Under the pieces are notes generated by a model. It made no database searches and had not been told where the DNA came from. It saw only the letters and a program-made list of their open reading frames with translations. Source: an uncultured delta proteobacterium (lineage in GTDB: Bacteria > Desulfobacterota > Desulfobacteria > Desulfobacterales > Desulfosalsimonadaceae). Taken from it: a stretch of 64,000 nucleotides of DNA. Made by a program: the position numbers and the translations under genes. Location of the stretch: positions 160,001 to 224,000 of the forward strand of contig CAWGYD010000001.1 of the NCBI GenBank assembly GCA_963826785.1, in the 5' to 3' direction. Below, one piece after another: positions 1 through 9,396 of this stretch (position 1 is its first letter; every line of letters begins with the position of its first letter).

Positions 1-2
1 AC

Positions 3-146
3 ACCCTGTCCCGGATGACCAATTTCGAATTGTCTGAAACAACCTCCTATATGGACAATTACATCGCCGCACTTTTCCTTCCGCACACCGACCTGGAATT
101 GTTCCCGAAATTAAAAACCCGCCTGGAGGCGCGGAAAAAAATGTAA
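3..146 (+). CDS. acsV: 3' end of ASKHA-family ATPase, corrinoid Fe-S protein reductive activator (AcsV/RACo-like); partial
   Basis: Hand translation: ...TLSRMTNFELSETTSYMDNYIAALFLPHTDLELFPKLKTRLEARKKM*. The 'Y.AALFLPHTD..LFP' ending is typical of the RACo/DUF4445 C-terminus, and it lies directly upstream of acsD. Confidence 0.8.
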   Translation, partial: TLSRMTNFELSETTSYMDNYIAALFLPHTDLELFPKLKTRLEARKKM

Positions 147-149
147 TCC

Positions 150-199
150 CGATGGGGGGATGGCCGGGACGGATATTCCGCCCGCCCATCCCCCCATCG
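150..199 (+). terminator. GC-rich stem-loop after acsV (terminator or mRNA stabiliser)
   Basis: CGATGGGGGGATGG...CCATCCCCCCATCG inverted repeat starts 3 nt after the stop codon. The U-tract is not immediately adjacent. Confidence 0.5.
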
Positions 200-250
200 T
201 GACGCTCCCCGCTTTTTTGACCCTGAGCAACAAAAAAAAATCACATATTA

Positions 251-279
251 TTGACAAACATTATTTTTTCATATTAAAT
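251..279 (+). promoter_or_regulatory. Possible sigma70 promoter of the acs operon
   Basis: Perfect TTGACA at 251-256 followed by an AT-rich but imperfect -10 region (TATTAAAT). Confidence 0.4.
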
Positions 280-511
280 AACTATCTTTTGTGGCAGCGT
301 ATCTAATTTGTTCAAATATTAATAAATATTAATCAGTTCAATAGAAGCGGACCGTCCGTTTTCTGCGGGATGCGGGCCCCGTCCGCCATATATACCCGGC
401 CTCCGGGACAAAGGAGCCGGACGAAGAAATGAGAAGGGCCGGATGGACCAGGAAGATCCATTCACAAGGTTTTAAGTACATTTAACCCTTTGTTAATAGG
501 AGGAGGCAACT

Positions 512-2071
512 TTGGGCTTCGAAATCGTTAAAGAAAATTATGCAGGCAGCATAAAACCGATTGTGCTGGGCAAGGGCAAGAAGGCGGTGACAGTCGGCGG
601 GGAAAAATGCTATCCGTTCTATCTGTTTGAAGGCGACATGCCCAATAAACCCAAAATCGCCATGGAAATCTGGGACATGGAGCCGACGGACTGGCCGGAG
701 ACCGCAAAAGCGCATTTTGCAGATGTGCTCTCCGACCCGGCGGCCTGGGCCAAGAAATGCGTGGAAGAGTTCGGTGCCGACATGATCGTTCTGCAGCTCA
801 AGAGCACCGATCCCAACGACAAGAACGCGAGCCCCGAGGACGCGGCCAAAACCGTGGGGAAGGTATTGAAATCCATCAGCGTGCCGCTGATCGTCTGGGG
901 AACGGCCAACAGCGTAAAGGACGAAGCGGTCTTAAAGAAGATTTCCGAGTCTTTTGACGGCGAAAATCTGGTCCTGGGACCGGTGGAAGAAAAGAACCAC
1001 AAGGGGATCGGCGCCAGCGCCATGGGATACGGCCACACCCTGATCTCTTCTTCCCCCATCGACGTCAACCTGGCCAAGCAGGTCAACATTCTGCTGGAAA
1101 ACCTGGGCATGCCCATGGACCGGATGATCATCGATCCCACCACCGGCGGTCTGGGGTATGGGATGGAGTACTCCTACTCGGTTATGGAACGGCTGAAGAT
1201 GGCGGCCATGGCCCAGGGGGATGACAAGCTCCAACTGCCCATCATCAACAACCTGGCCAATGAAGTGTGGCGTTCCAAGGAAGCCAAGGAAACCGTGGAA
1301 GACGCTCCGGAATTGGGTGATCCGGAAAAACGCGCCGCCATGATGGAAGCCGTGGGTGCGATCAGCTACCTGATGGCGGGATCCGATATCCTGATCATGC
1401 GGCATCCCGAGGCGATCCGCCTGGTCCGGTCCTTCATCGATCTGATTTCCGACGGCGGCAGCGCCCAGGATGTCAAACCGATGGTCAAAAAGCTGGCGGA
1501 CGTCAATATCGATTTTGCCAAGATGGCACCGGCTCCCGATCTGAAGATCGAAGAAGAAAAAGCAAAGCCGGCTCCGGTGAAGAAGGAAGCGCCCAAGAAG
1601 GAAGCGCCCGCCGCAGCCAAACCGGCGGCAGCCGCCGCCCCCGCAGCCGCACCCGCGGCCGAAAAGAAGGAAGCGCCCAAAGCCGAAGCCAAACCGGCTG
1701 TAGATGATGCCGCCGCCAGGGCCAAAGCCGAAGAAGAGGCCAAAGCCGCTGCCGCCGCCGATGCCAAGGCTAAAGTGGAAGCCGACGCCAAGGCCAAGGC
1801 CGCCGCCGAGGCAAAGGCAAAAGCGGATGCCGAAGCCAAAGTCAAGGCGGAAGAAGAGGCCAAAAAGAAGGCCGAAGCCGACGCCAAGGCCAAGATTGAG
1901 GCCGAGGAGCAGGCGCTGAGAGATCAGCGGGCCAAAGAGCGTGAAGAACTGAAGGCCAGACGCGGCGAAAAGAAAGAAGCCGCCGTTTCCATGACCGCAG
2001 CCGCGGATCAGAAATCCGAGTTGGACAAGATCATCGACCGGCTGGATCTAATTCACAAGAGAGTCGCATAA
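512..2071 (+). CDS. acsD: Corrinoid Fe-S protein small subunit (ACDS delta) with long Ala/Lys/Glu-rich C-terminal extension
   Basis: TTG start after AGGAGGAGG. Motifs VTVGGE..YPFYLFEG, IDVNLAKQVN, IDPTTGGLGYGMEYSYSVMER, ILIMRHP. Confidence 0.93.
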   Translation: MGFEIVKENYAGSIKPIVLGKGKKAVTVGGEKCYPFYLFEGDMPNKPKIAMEIWDMEPTDWPETAKAHFADVLSDPAAWAKKCVEEFGADMIVLQLKSTDPNDKNASPEDAAKTVGKVLKSISVPLIVWGTANSVKDEAVLKKISESFDGENLVLGPVEEKNHKGIGASAMGYGHTLISSSPIDVNLAKQVNILLENLGMPMDRMIIDPTTGGLGYGMEYSYSVMERLKMAAMAQGDDKLQLPIINNLANEVWRSKEAKETVEDAPELGDPEKRAAMMEAVGAISYLMAGSDILIMRHPEAIRLVRSFIDLISDGGSAQDVKPMVKKLADVNIDFAKMAPAPDLKIEEEKAKPAPVKKEAPKKEAPAAAKPAAAAAPAAAPAAEKKEAPKAEAKPAVDDAAARAKAEEEAKAAAAADAKAKVEADAKAKAAAEAKAKADAEAKVKAEEEAKKKAEADAKAKIEAEEQALRDQRAKEREELKARRGEKKEAAVSMTAAADQKSELDKIIDRLDLIHKRVA

Positions 2072-2150
2072 CAGACAATAATCATAAATTAGGGGAAGGG
2101 CGGTGCAAACAGCCTTTTCCCGATTCACAAAATATGAGGAGGAACCTCGA

Positions 2151-4175
2151 ATGGCAGAAGAAAAAGAAAAACCGACCAAGGCCGCCAAAGTGGCGGATCC
2201 GGTTGCCGCAACCATAGATGTCGCCTCACAGCAGCTGATCCGGCGTGCCCAGCAGCTGGGCATCGACACGGTATTCGACCGTGCCGAATCCATGAAGCCC
2301 TGCAACATCGGCACCCAGGGAACCTGCTGCAAGAACTGCGCAATGGGCCCCTGCCGGCTGCCCCTGCCCAAGAGCGGCATCGAAGGCGGAGACGACCGCA
2401 AGGGACTTTGCGGCGCAACCGCCAATACCATTGCGGCCAGAAACTTCATCCGCATGATCGCCGGCGGCGCCGCCGCCCACTCCGACCACGGCCGATGCGT
2501 GGCCGAAGTTTTCATGTCGGTTGCACGGAAGGAAACCCAGGACTACAAGATCAAAGATCCGGTCAAACTGGTTGCAGTGGCTGAAGCCATGGGGGTTGCC
2601 ACAAAAGTCGACGTGGATGGCGAATCCAAAGACCGGGATATGGATGAAATCGCTCTGGAGCTTGCAGAAGTGGCCCTGGCCGAATGGGGCAAGCCCGATG
2701 GCGAACTGGTCGGCCTGAAACGAGCGCCTGCGCCGCTGTATGAAAAATGGAAGAAGGCCGGCGTGCTTCCGAGAAACATCGACCGTGAAATCGTTGAAAT
2801 CATGCACCGGACCCACATGGGCGTGGATCAGGATTACAAGAACCTGATGAAGCAGGGGACCCGGGCGGCGCTGGCCGACGGCTGGGGCGGTTCCATGATC
2901 GCCACCGACCTTCAGGACATCGTGTTCGGCACGCCCTATCCGCTGCAGTCGGAAGCCAACCTGGGCATCATGAAGGAAGACCATGTCAACATCATCGTGC
3001 ACGGCCATGAACCGGTCCTGTCCGAGATGATCGTGGCGGCATGCCAGTCCAAGGAAATGCTCGATTATGCAAAGGAAAAAGGCGCCAAGGGGATCCAGCT
3101 GGGCGGCATCTGCTGCACGGCCAATGAAATTCTGCAGCGTCACGGCATTCCGCCGGCAGGAACCTTCCTGCAGCAGGAACTGGCCATCATCACCGGCGCC
3201 TGCGACGCCATGGTGGTCGACATCCAGTGCGTGTTCCAGAACCTGGCCAACGTGGCCAAGTGTTTCCATACCAAGCTGATCACCACCCATCCCATTGCCC
3301 GGATGGAGCAGGACAATGTGCTGCACATCGAATTTGATGAGCACCACGCCATGGATGATGCCAAGCGCATCGTCAAGATGGCCATCGACAATTTCAAGAA
3401 CCGCGGATCGGAGATCATGATCCCGAAGCAGAAGGCGACCCAGATCGCCGGTTTCGGCGTGGAATCCATCCAGTACCACCTGGGCGGAACCTTCCGCGGC
3501 AACTACTACACCTTGAATGACAACATCATCAACGGCCGCATCCGCGGCATCGCCGGCGTGGTGGGCTGCAACAACGCCCGTACCCGCCACAACGAAGGTC
3601 ATATCGCCATCGTCAAGGAGCTGATCAAGAATGACGTCATCGTCCTGACCACGGGATGCAACGGCATCGCCTGCGCCATGGAAGGGCTGCTGACCCCCGA
3701 GTCCGCCGCCGTCTATTGCGGTCCGGGACTGGCCGAAGTCTGTGAAACCGTCGGTATCCCGCCGGTCCTGCACATGGGCTCCTGCGTGGACAACAGCCGC
3801 ATCCTGCTGGCGGCCACCGAGGTGGTCAAGGCCGGCGGACTGGGCAATGACATCAGCGATCTGCCCGCAGCCGGAAGCGCCCCCGAGTGGATGAGTGAAA
3901 AGGCCATCTCCATCGGCCAGTACTTTGTGGCCTCCGGTGTCTACACCGTGTTCGGCACCACGTTCCCCACCACCGGCGCACCGGTATTCCAGGACCATCT
4001 GTTCAAGGATATGGAAAAGATCTACGGCGGCAAATGGGACTTCGAAGCCGATCCCATCCTGCATGCCCGCAAGATGATCGCCCATATCGACGCCAAGAGA
4101 AAAGCCCTGGGCATCGACAAGGCCAGAGAGCGCGTCCTGATGGATATGGCCGATCGCCAGGCACTGGATGCTTAA
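2151..4175 (+). CDS. cooS: Anaerobic Ni,Fe carbon monoxide dehydrogenase catalytic subunit
   Basis: CC..C.MGPC and LCGA (B/D clusters); HGHEP, GICCT, DIQC, VGCNN, TGC, GSCVDN (C-cluster ligands); PEWMSEKA. Start moved to the ATG at 2151 after GAGGAGG. Confidence 0.95.
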   Translation: MAEEKEKPTKAAKVADPVAATIDVASQQLIRRAQQLGIDTVFDRAESMKPCNIGTQGTCCKNCAMGPCRLPLPKSGIEGGDDRKGLCGATANTIAARNFIRMIAGGAAAHSDHGRCVAEVFMSVARKETQDYKIKDPVKLVAVAEAMGVATKVDVDGESKDRDMDEIALELAEVALAEWGKPDGELVGLKRAPAPLYEKWKKAGVLPRNIDREIVEIMHRTHMGVDQDYKNLMKQGTRAALADGWGGSMIATDLQDIVFGTPYPLQSEANLGIMKEDHVNIIVHGHEPVLSEMIVAACQSKEMLDYAKEKGAKGIQLGGICCTANEILQRHGIPPAGTFLQQELAIITGACDAMVVDIQCVFQNLANVAKCFHTKLITTHPIARMEQDNVLHIEFDEHHAMDDAKRIVKMAIDNFKNRGSEIMIPKQKATQIAGFGVESIQYHLGGTFRGNYYTLNDNIINGRIRGIAGVVGCNNARTRHNEGHIAIVKELIKNDVIVLTTGCNGIACAMEGLLTPESAAVYCGPGLAEVCETVGIPPVLHMGSCVDNSRILLAATEVVKAGGLGNDISDLPAAGSAPEWMSEKAISIGQYFVASGVYTVFGTTFPTTGAPVFQDHLFKDMEKIYGGKWDFEADPILHARKMIAHIDAKRKALGIDKARERVLMDMADRQALDA

Positions 4176-4236
4176 TGCTGCGGATGATCATTGATAAATA
4201 TATTACCGTTATAAATCCTCAACGAAGGAGGAACGC

Positions 4237-6471
4237 ATGTCCAAATTAGTTGCATTTGCCGCGATACAGGGCGGCTACAAAGTCGTCTCAACGGTCGAAG
4301 GCGAGTATCAGAATGCATTGAACAGCTTCAATGCGGATACCAAGGTTGAATTTCCCAACACGGGGTATTACCTGCCGGTGATCTATTCCCTTCTCGGGCT
4401 GAAAGTGGAAACGCTGGAAGATCTCAAAGCGCCCCTGCAGTTCGCCCGGAAGCTGCTTCCCCCCCATATCAAAAGCAAACACCACCTGCCGTACCTGGGA
4501 CCCCTCCTGGACGCCGGCATGGCGGCCATTATCGCCTTTGAGATCCAGGAAGCGCTCCGCATCGTGCGGGAGCCGGATTTCTACTTTGCCGAAGAAGACC
4601 CGGATCTGGAAAACGGCAAGAAATGGGTGGGCCCGGCCAACGACATCATCCTGCGGAAACGCGGCGTGGAATTCGTGGACGGATCGGCCCCCGGTTTTGC
4701 CGCCATCGTCGGCGCCGCGCCGAGCCCGGAAATCGCAAAGATGATCGTGGAAGATTACCAGAAACGGAACCTCTATATCTTCTGCGCGGCCCGTCACCAG
4801 GGGACATCGGTCATCGATCAGCTGATCGAAGCCGGCGTCCAGATCGGCTGGAACACCCGTATCGTGCCCTTCGGTCCGGACATCTCCTCGGCCGTGTTCG
4901 CCCTGGGATTCGCCAACCGCGCCGCCATGGCGTTCGGCGGCGTTCAGCCCGGCGATTACAAGAAAATTCTCAAATACAACAAAGACCGGATCTTCGCCTT
5001 CGTCAACGCACTGGGCGACATCGGCACCGAATGGGGTGTGGCGGCGGCCGGCTGCGTCAACTGGGGTTTCCCGACGCTGGCCGACACCGACATTCCGGAA
5101 ATTCTGCCCACCGGTATCTGCACCTATGAGCACGTGGTGGCCAATGTCCCCCATGATGAAATCGTGCAGAAATCGGTTGAAGTCCGGGGCCTCAAGGTCA
5201 CGGTTTCCCAGATCGAAATCCCCTGCGCGTTCGGTCCGGCCTACGAGGGAGAGCGCGTCCGCGGAAAAGACCTGTTCGCCCAGATGGGCGGCGGCAAGAC
5301 CCAGTGCACCGAGCTGGTGAAAATGGCGGACATGAAGGAGATCGAGGACGGCAAGGTCGAAGTGGTGGGAAAAGATATCCCCGACCTGAAGGAAAACGAG
5401 ACCCTGCCGCTGGGCATTTACGTCCAGATCGCCGGCCGCGAATTCCAGGCCGATTTCGAGCCGATCCTGGAACGCCAGATCCACCATCTGGTCAACTACA
5501 TCCAGGGCGTCATGCACATCGGACAGCGGGACATCTCCTGGGTCCGGGTGAGCAAGGCGGCTGTTGAAAAAGGGTTTACCTTGAAAGATATCGGTGTGGT
5601 GCTTCATGCCAAGATGCACCAGGATTTCGGCAAGGTCCTGGACAAGGTCCAGGTGACCCTGTTTACGGACAAGAAGGCGGTGGATGACCTGACCAAGCGG
5701 GCACGGGCCGAGTACAAAGCACGCGACGAGCGGGTGGAGAACATGCGGGACGAAGATGTGGAAACCTACTACTCCTGCACCCTGTGCCAGAGTTTCGCCC
5801 CCAACCATGTCTGCTCGGTTACCCCCGAGCGGACCGGCCTTTGCGGCGCCTACAACTGGATGGACTGCAAGGCGAGCTTTGAGATCAATCCCACCGGCCC
5901 CAACCAGCCCATTCAGAAGGGCGAATGCTTGAATACCCGGCTGGGCCAGTGGAAGGGCGTCAATGAATTCGTGCAGAAAGCCTCCCGCGGCGCGGTGACC
6001 CACTACAACTTCTACTCCATCGTGCATGATCCCATGACCACCTGCGGCTGCTGCGAGTGCATCGCGGCCATGCTGCCGAGTGTAAACGGCGTCATGAGCG
6101 TCAACCGGGATTACACCGGCGAGACACCGTCCGGGATGAAGTTCACCACGCTTGCCGGCGTCATGGGCGGCGGGGCCACCTCCCCGGGTTTTGTGGGCCA
6201 TTCCAAGTTCAACATCACCCAGCGCAAGTTCCTGCGCGGCGACGGTCCCAAGGATAAGGAAGAAGGCGGACTGCTGCGCATCGTCTGGATGCCCAAGATG
6301 CTCAAAGAAGAGCTGAAGGAGCGGATCGACAAGCGGGGCGCAGAACTCGGATATCCCGATTTCTACAGCATGATCGCCGATGAGACCGTGGGTACCACGG
6401 AAGAGGAGATCATGCCGTTCCTGCAGGAAAAAGGACATCCGGCCCTTGCCATGGATCCGATTGTCGGGTGA
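4237..6471 (+). CDS. acsB: Acetyl-CoA synthase subunit (bacterial-type, with N-terminal domain)
   Basis: A-cluster motifs YSCTLCQSFAPNHVC..TPER.GLCGA and PMTTCGC; FPNTGYYLP N-terminal motif. Confidence 0.95.
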   Translation: MSKLVAFAAIQGGYKVVSTVEGEYQNALNSFNADTKVEFPNTGYYLPVIYSLLGLKVETLEDLKAPLQFARKLLPPHIKSKHHLPYLGPLLDAGMAAIIAFEIQEALRIVREPDFYFAEEDPDLENGKKWVGPANDIILRKRGVEFVDGSAPGFAAIVGAAPSPEIAKMIVEDYQKRNLYIFCAARHQGTSVIDQLIEAGVQIGWNTRIVPFGPDISSAVFALGFANRAAMAFGGVQPGDYKKILKYNKDRIFAFVNALGDIGTEWGVAAAGCVNWGFPTLADTDIPEILPTGICTYEHVVANVPHDEIVQKSVEVRGLKVTVSQIEIPCAFGPAYEGERVRGKDLFAQMGGGKTQCTELVKMADMKEIEDGKVEVVGKDIPDLKENETLPLGIYVQIAGREFQADFEPILERQIHHLVNYIQGVMHIGQRDISWVRVSKAAVEKGFTLKDIGVVLHAKMHQDFGKVLDKVQVTLFTDKKAVDDLTKRARAEYKARDERVENMRDEDVETYYSCTLCQSFAPNHVCSVTPERTGLCGAYNWMDCKASFEINPTGPNQPIQKGECLNTRLGQWKGVNEFVQKASRGAVTHYNFYSIVHDPMTTCGCCECIAAMLPSVNGVMSVNRDYTGETPSGMKFTTLAGVMGGGATSPGFVGHSKFNITQRKFLRGDGPKDKEEGGLLRIVWMPKMLKEELKERIDKRGAELGYPDFYSMIADETVGTTEEEIMPFLQEKGHPALAMDPIVG

Positions 6472-6574
6472 TCGAATCGGTATTGATTTGCGGGACGGCT
6501 CAGGCCGTCCCGCTCATCCATATGATTTTACATTTTTGGTATGGATTTTTTGACGAATTGATAAGGAGACGAAA

Positions 6575-7916
6575 ATGGCATTAACCGGTATTCAGATATT
6601 CAAGCTCCTTCCCCAGACCAACTGCAAAGAATGCGGGGTTCCCACGTGCCTTGCTTTTGCCATGAACCTGGCATCCGGCAAGGCGGAACTCGACAGTTGT
6701 CCCTATGTTTCGGATGAAGCGAGGGAAAAGCTGGCGGAAGCTTCTGCACCGCCCATCCTCCCGGTGGAGATCGGAAAAGGCGTGCGCAAGCGGACCGTCG
6801 GCGGGGAGACGGTACTATACAGACACGAAAAGACGTTCTACAATCCCTGCGCCATCGGGGTGAAGGTCGCATCCGACATTAGCGATGCGGACCTGAAGGC
6901 CAAGCTGACCACCTGGAACGCCTTCCAGTATGAGCGGGTGGGATTCAACCTGCGCCCGGAACTCATCGCGCTGGCCGACGTCAACGGCGATGCCGCGGCC
7001 TTTGCCAAGGCCGCCAAAACCATCGCGGAAACATCCGAGTTCAACCTGGTGCTCATGTCGGACAAAGCTGGACGTCATGAAGGCGGGGGTGGAAGCGAGC
7101 AAGTTCAAGAAGCCCCTGATGTATGCGGCCACCGAAGCCACCGCGGATGAATATGCCGCCATCGCCAAGGAAAACGACCTGCCGCTGGCGGTCAAGGCCG
7201 ATTCCGTTGACGGCATCACCAAGCTGACCGATAAGCTGACCGGCATGGGATTGAAACGGCTGGTGATCGATCCGGGTTCCCGGGAGATCAAGCAGGCTTT
7301 CCAGGATCAGGTAAACATCCGGCGTTCTGCCCTGAAGAAAGGCAACCGTTCCGTTGGCTTTCCCTCCATCACCTTCCCGTGTGAAATGGCCTCCAACCTG
7401 GACATGGAAACCCTGATCGCGTCCATGTTTATCGCCAAGTACGGCGCCATCACCATCCTGTCTGATTTTACCACGGAATCGCTGTTCCCGCTGCTGCTGG
7501 AAAGATTGAACATCTATACCGATCCGCAGCGGCCCATGACCGTAACCGAAGGCATTTACGAAGTCGGCACCCCGGATGAAAATTCACCGGTGCTGGTCAC
7601 CACCAACTTCGCCCTGACCTACTTCATCGTATCCGGTGAAATCGAAGGAAGCAAGGTCCCGGCCTGGCTGCTGGTAAAAGATACGGAAGGCTTGTCGGTT
7701 CTTACCGCGTGGGCCGCCGGAAAGTTCGCCGGCGACGATGTGGGCGCATTCGTCAAAAAATGCGGCATTGCCGACAAGGTGAAAAAGAAAGAATTGATCA
7801 TCCCCGGTTATGCTGCGGCCATCGTGGGTGAAATCGAAGAGGAACTGCCGGACTGGAACATTGTCGTAGGGCCGAGAGAGGCACCGCATATTCCGGCCTT
7901 TTTGAAATCCAGATAA
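6575..7916 (+). pseudogene. acsC: Corrinoid Fe-S protein large subunit (ACDS gamma), split by one +1 frameshift near 7063-7071 (possibly a sequencing error)
   Basis: ORF 6575.. encodes the N-terminal CxxCxxxxC..CP cluster and GGETVLYRHEK. ORF ..7916 encodes IYTDPQRP, TTNFALTYF and GLSVLTAWAAGKF. Removing one base from GACAAAGCTGGAC joins them into a ~446-aa protein. Confidence 0.85.
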
Positions 7917-8002
7917 ACCAACTAACTGCTGGATGAGGCGGGTTTTTGCGATTGGTTCAATCTCATGATCGGCGTCAATCCAGGTGATGGAGGAAAAAGC
8001 CC

Positions 8003-8893
8003 ATGTTGTGTATTGGTGAGAGTTTAAACGTCATGTCCAAGAAGATCGGGACCGCTTTCAAAGAGCGCGACCCGAAGCCGATCCAGGAAGAGGCGTTGTT
8101 TCAGAAGGAAAAGGGGATGGACTACATCGACATCAATCTCGGCCCGGCCAAAAAGGACGGGGTGGAACTGATGCCGTGGGTCATCCAGACGGTTCAGGAA
8201 GTGGTCGGTGACATTCCCCTGGCCCTGGATACATCCAATATCGATGCCATTGAAGCCGGGTTGAAGGTGTACAAACCCACCTCGAAACCGGTGCTGATCA
8301 ATTCCATTATGTGCCGCCCGGAGCGCTACGAAAAGATGATTCCGATTGCCGCCAAGTACAATGCGGATTTCATCGCGCTGATGTGGGGGCCGGAAGGATT
8401 GCCCAGAGACGAGAACGAACGCGCCGCCCTGTGCGTGGAACTGCTGTATGCGGCCAATGAAGCCGGCATCGAAAACGAGCGGATCTGGGTAGACGGCATC
8501 GTCACTCCGGTCAACATTCAGCAGCCCCAGGCCATCAGCCTGATGGAGTTCCAGAAGATGCTGCCGGACATCGCCCCGGGCGCAAAAAGCACCTGCGGTC
8601 TGTCCAACATCTCCAATGGCCCTCCGACCCACCTGCGGCCCATTCTGAACCAGACCTACATGATCATGCTGGAGCGCTACGGCATGTTTTCCGTGATCTC
8701 CGACCCGCTGGACGAGAAGCTGACGGAAATCGCCAAAGGCAAGCGTAACGACATCGTGGAGATGGTTCACAAGTCAATGGATGGCGAAGCGCCGGCCGCG
8801 GCCGACCTGCCCAAGGAAATGGCCGACTACGTCAAGACCGTGGATGTCATCCTGGGCCGGTCCCTGTATTCAGACTCCTGGCTGGAACTGTAG
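8003..8893 (+). CDS. acsE: Methyltetrahydrofolate:corrinoid Fe-S protein methyltransferase (pterin-binding TIM barrel)
   Basis: IGE.LN, YIDIN.GP, LALDTSN, LINS and CGLSNISNG motifs; last gene of the acs cluster. Confidence 0.9.
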   Translation: MLCIGESLNVMSKKIGTAFKERDPKPIQEEALFQKEKGMDYIDINLGPAKKDGVELMPWVIQTVQEVVGDIPLALDTSNIDAIEAGLKVYKPTSKPVLINSIMCRPERYEKMIPIAAKYNADFIALMWGPEGLPRDENERAALCVELLYAANEAGIENERIWVDGIVTPVNIQQPQAISLMEFQKMLPDIAPGAKSTCGLSNISNGPPTHLRPILNQTYMIMLERYGMFSVISDPLDEKLTEIAKGKRNDIVEMVHKSMDGEAPAAADLPKEMADYVKTVDVILGRSLYSDSWLEL

Positions 8894-8923
8894 TCAAACA
8901 GAAGGTCGCTGTGTACCTTCTTC

Positions 8924-8969
8924 ACATCAAGCGCCCCGTCGCGATCAGCGTCGGGGCGCTTGATGTTTT
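8924..8969 (+). terminator. Rho-independent terminator of the acs operon
   Basis: ACATCAAGCGCCCCG...CGGGGCGCTTGATGT followed by TTT. Confidence 0.75.
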
Positions 8970-9312
8970 ATCCCTTTTCTTACATAAAGCGCTCCCATTT
9001 TTCATCTCAACTGCCCCCGCCGCTTTTTGTCAAACATAATCCCAAAATTGTAAATGTGGGCACGGTGCCCATCCCATTGGAAACGATCGCTTTTTCAGGG
9101 GTGTCAGTATAAATGTAACTTTTCTGCAGCCATGTGTATCCTTTCGCCTGAATATCTTCTTTTTTTACATTTCAGATTTTTCCGTGTGAACACCTGCCGG
9201 TTCTATATCCTGTCGTTTAGATCTGCAGTATTTCAGTGATGACCGCCCCCCCGTCATGCTCACCTTCCGCCGGGTGCGGTTTAAACCCCGCATTAGTTAA
9301 TGTTGAATCGAT

Positions 9313-9328
9313 CGGCATGTTTATTGCT
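9313..9328 (+). promoter_or_regulatory. Putative sigma54 (-24/-12) promoter
   Basis: CGGCATGTTTATTGCT has GG-N10-GC spacing and matches TGGCAC-N5-TTGCW, about 70 nt before the protease ATG. Confidence 0.6.
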
Positions 9329-9396
9329 ATGTTTTTTGAATAGATATAAATTTTTTCATCTCATCAACTGATACTTAAACTCCAGGAGGCCGATTC

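Noticed and set aside
330..500. Riboswitch (cobalamin or THF) in the acsD leader
   Set aside because: Several GC hairpins are present but I could not recognise a B12-box or other conserved riboswitch core; an Rfam search would be needed.
1560..1920. Repetitive GCCAAGGCC/GCCGAAGCC DNA as a tandem repeat or CRISPR array
   Set aside because: Low-complexity coding sequence of the AcsD tail; no constant repeat-spacer periodicity and no cas genes.
2226..6438. Long antisense ORFs (619 aa and 716 aa) opposite cooS and acsB, and similar ones opposite tuf, rpoB, rpoC and qrc
   Set aside because: Shadow ORFs caused by GC-rich codon bias of the real genes; no recognisable motifs or SD sites.
7148..7150. 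TGA ending the first acsC ORF as a selenocysteine codon
   Set aside because: The C-terminal homology lies in a different frame and the last ~27 residues before the TGA are already out of frame, so read-through would not restore AcsC.
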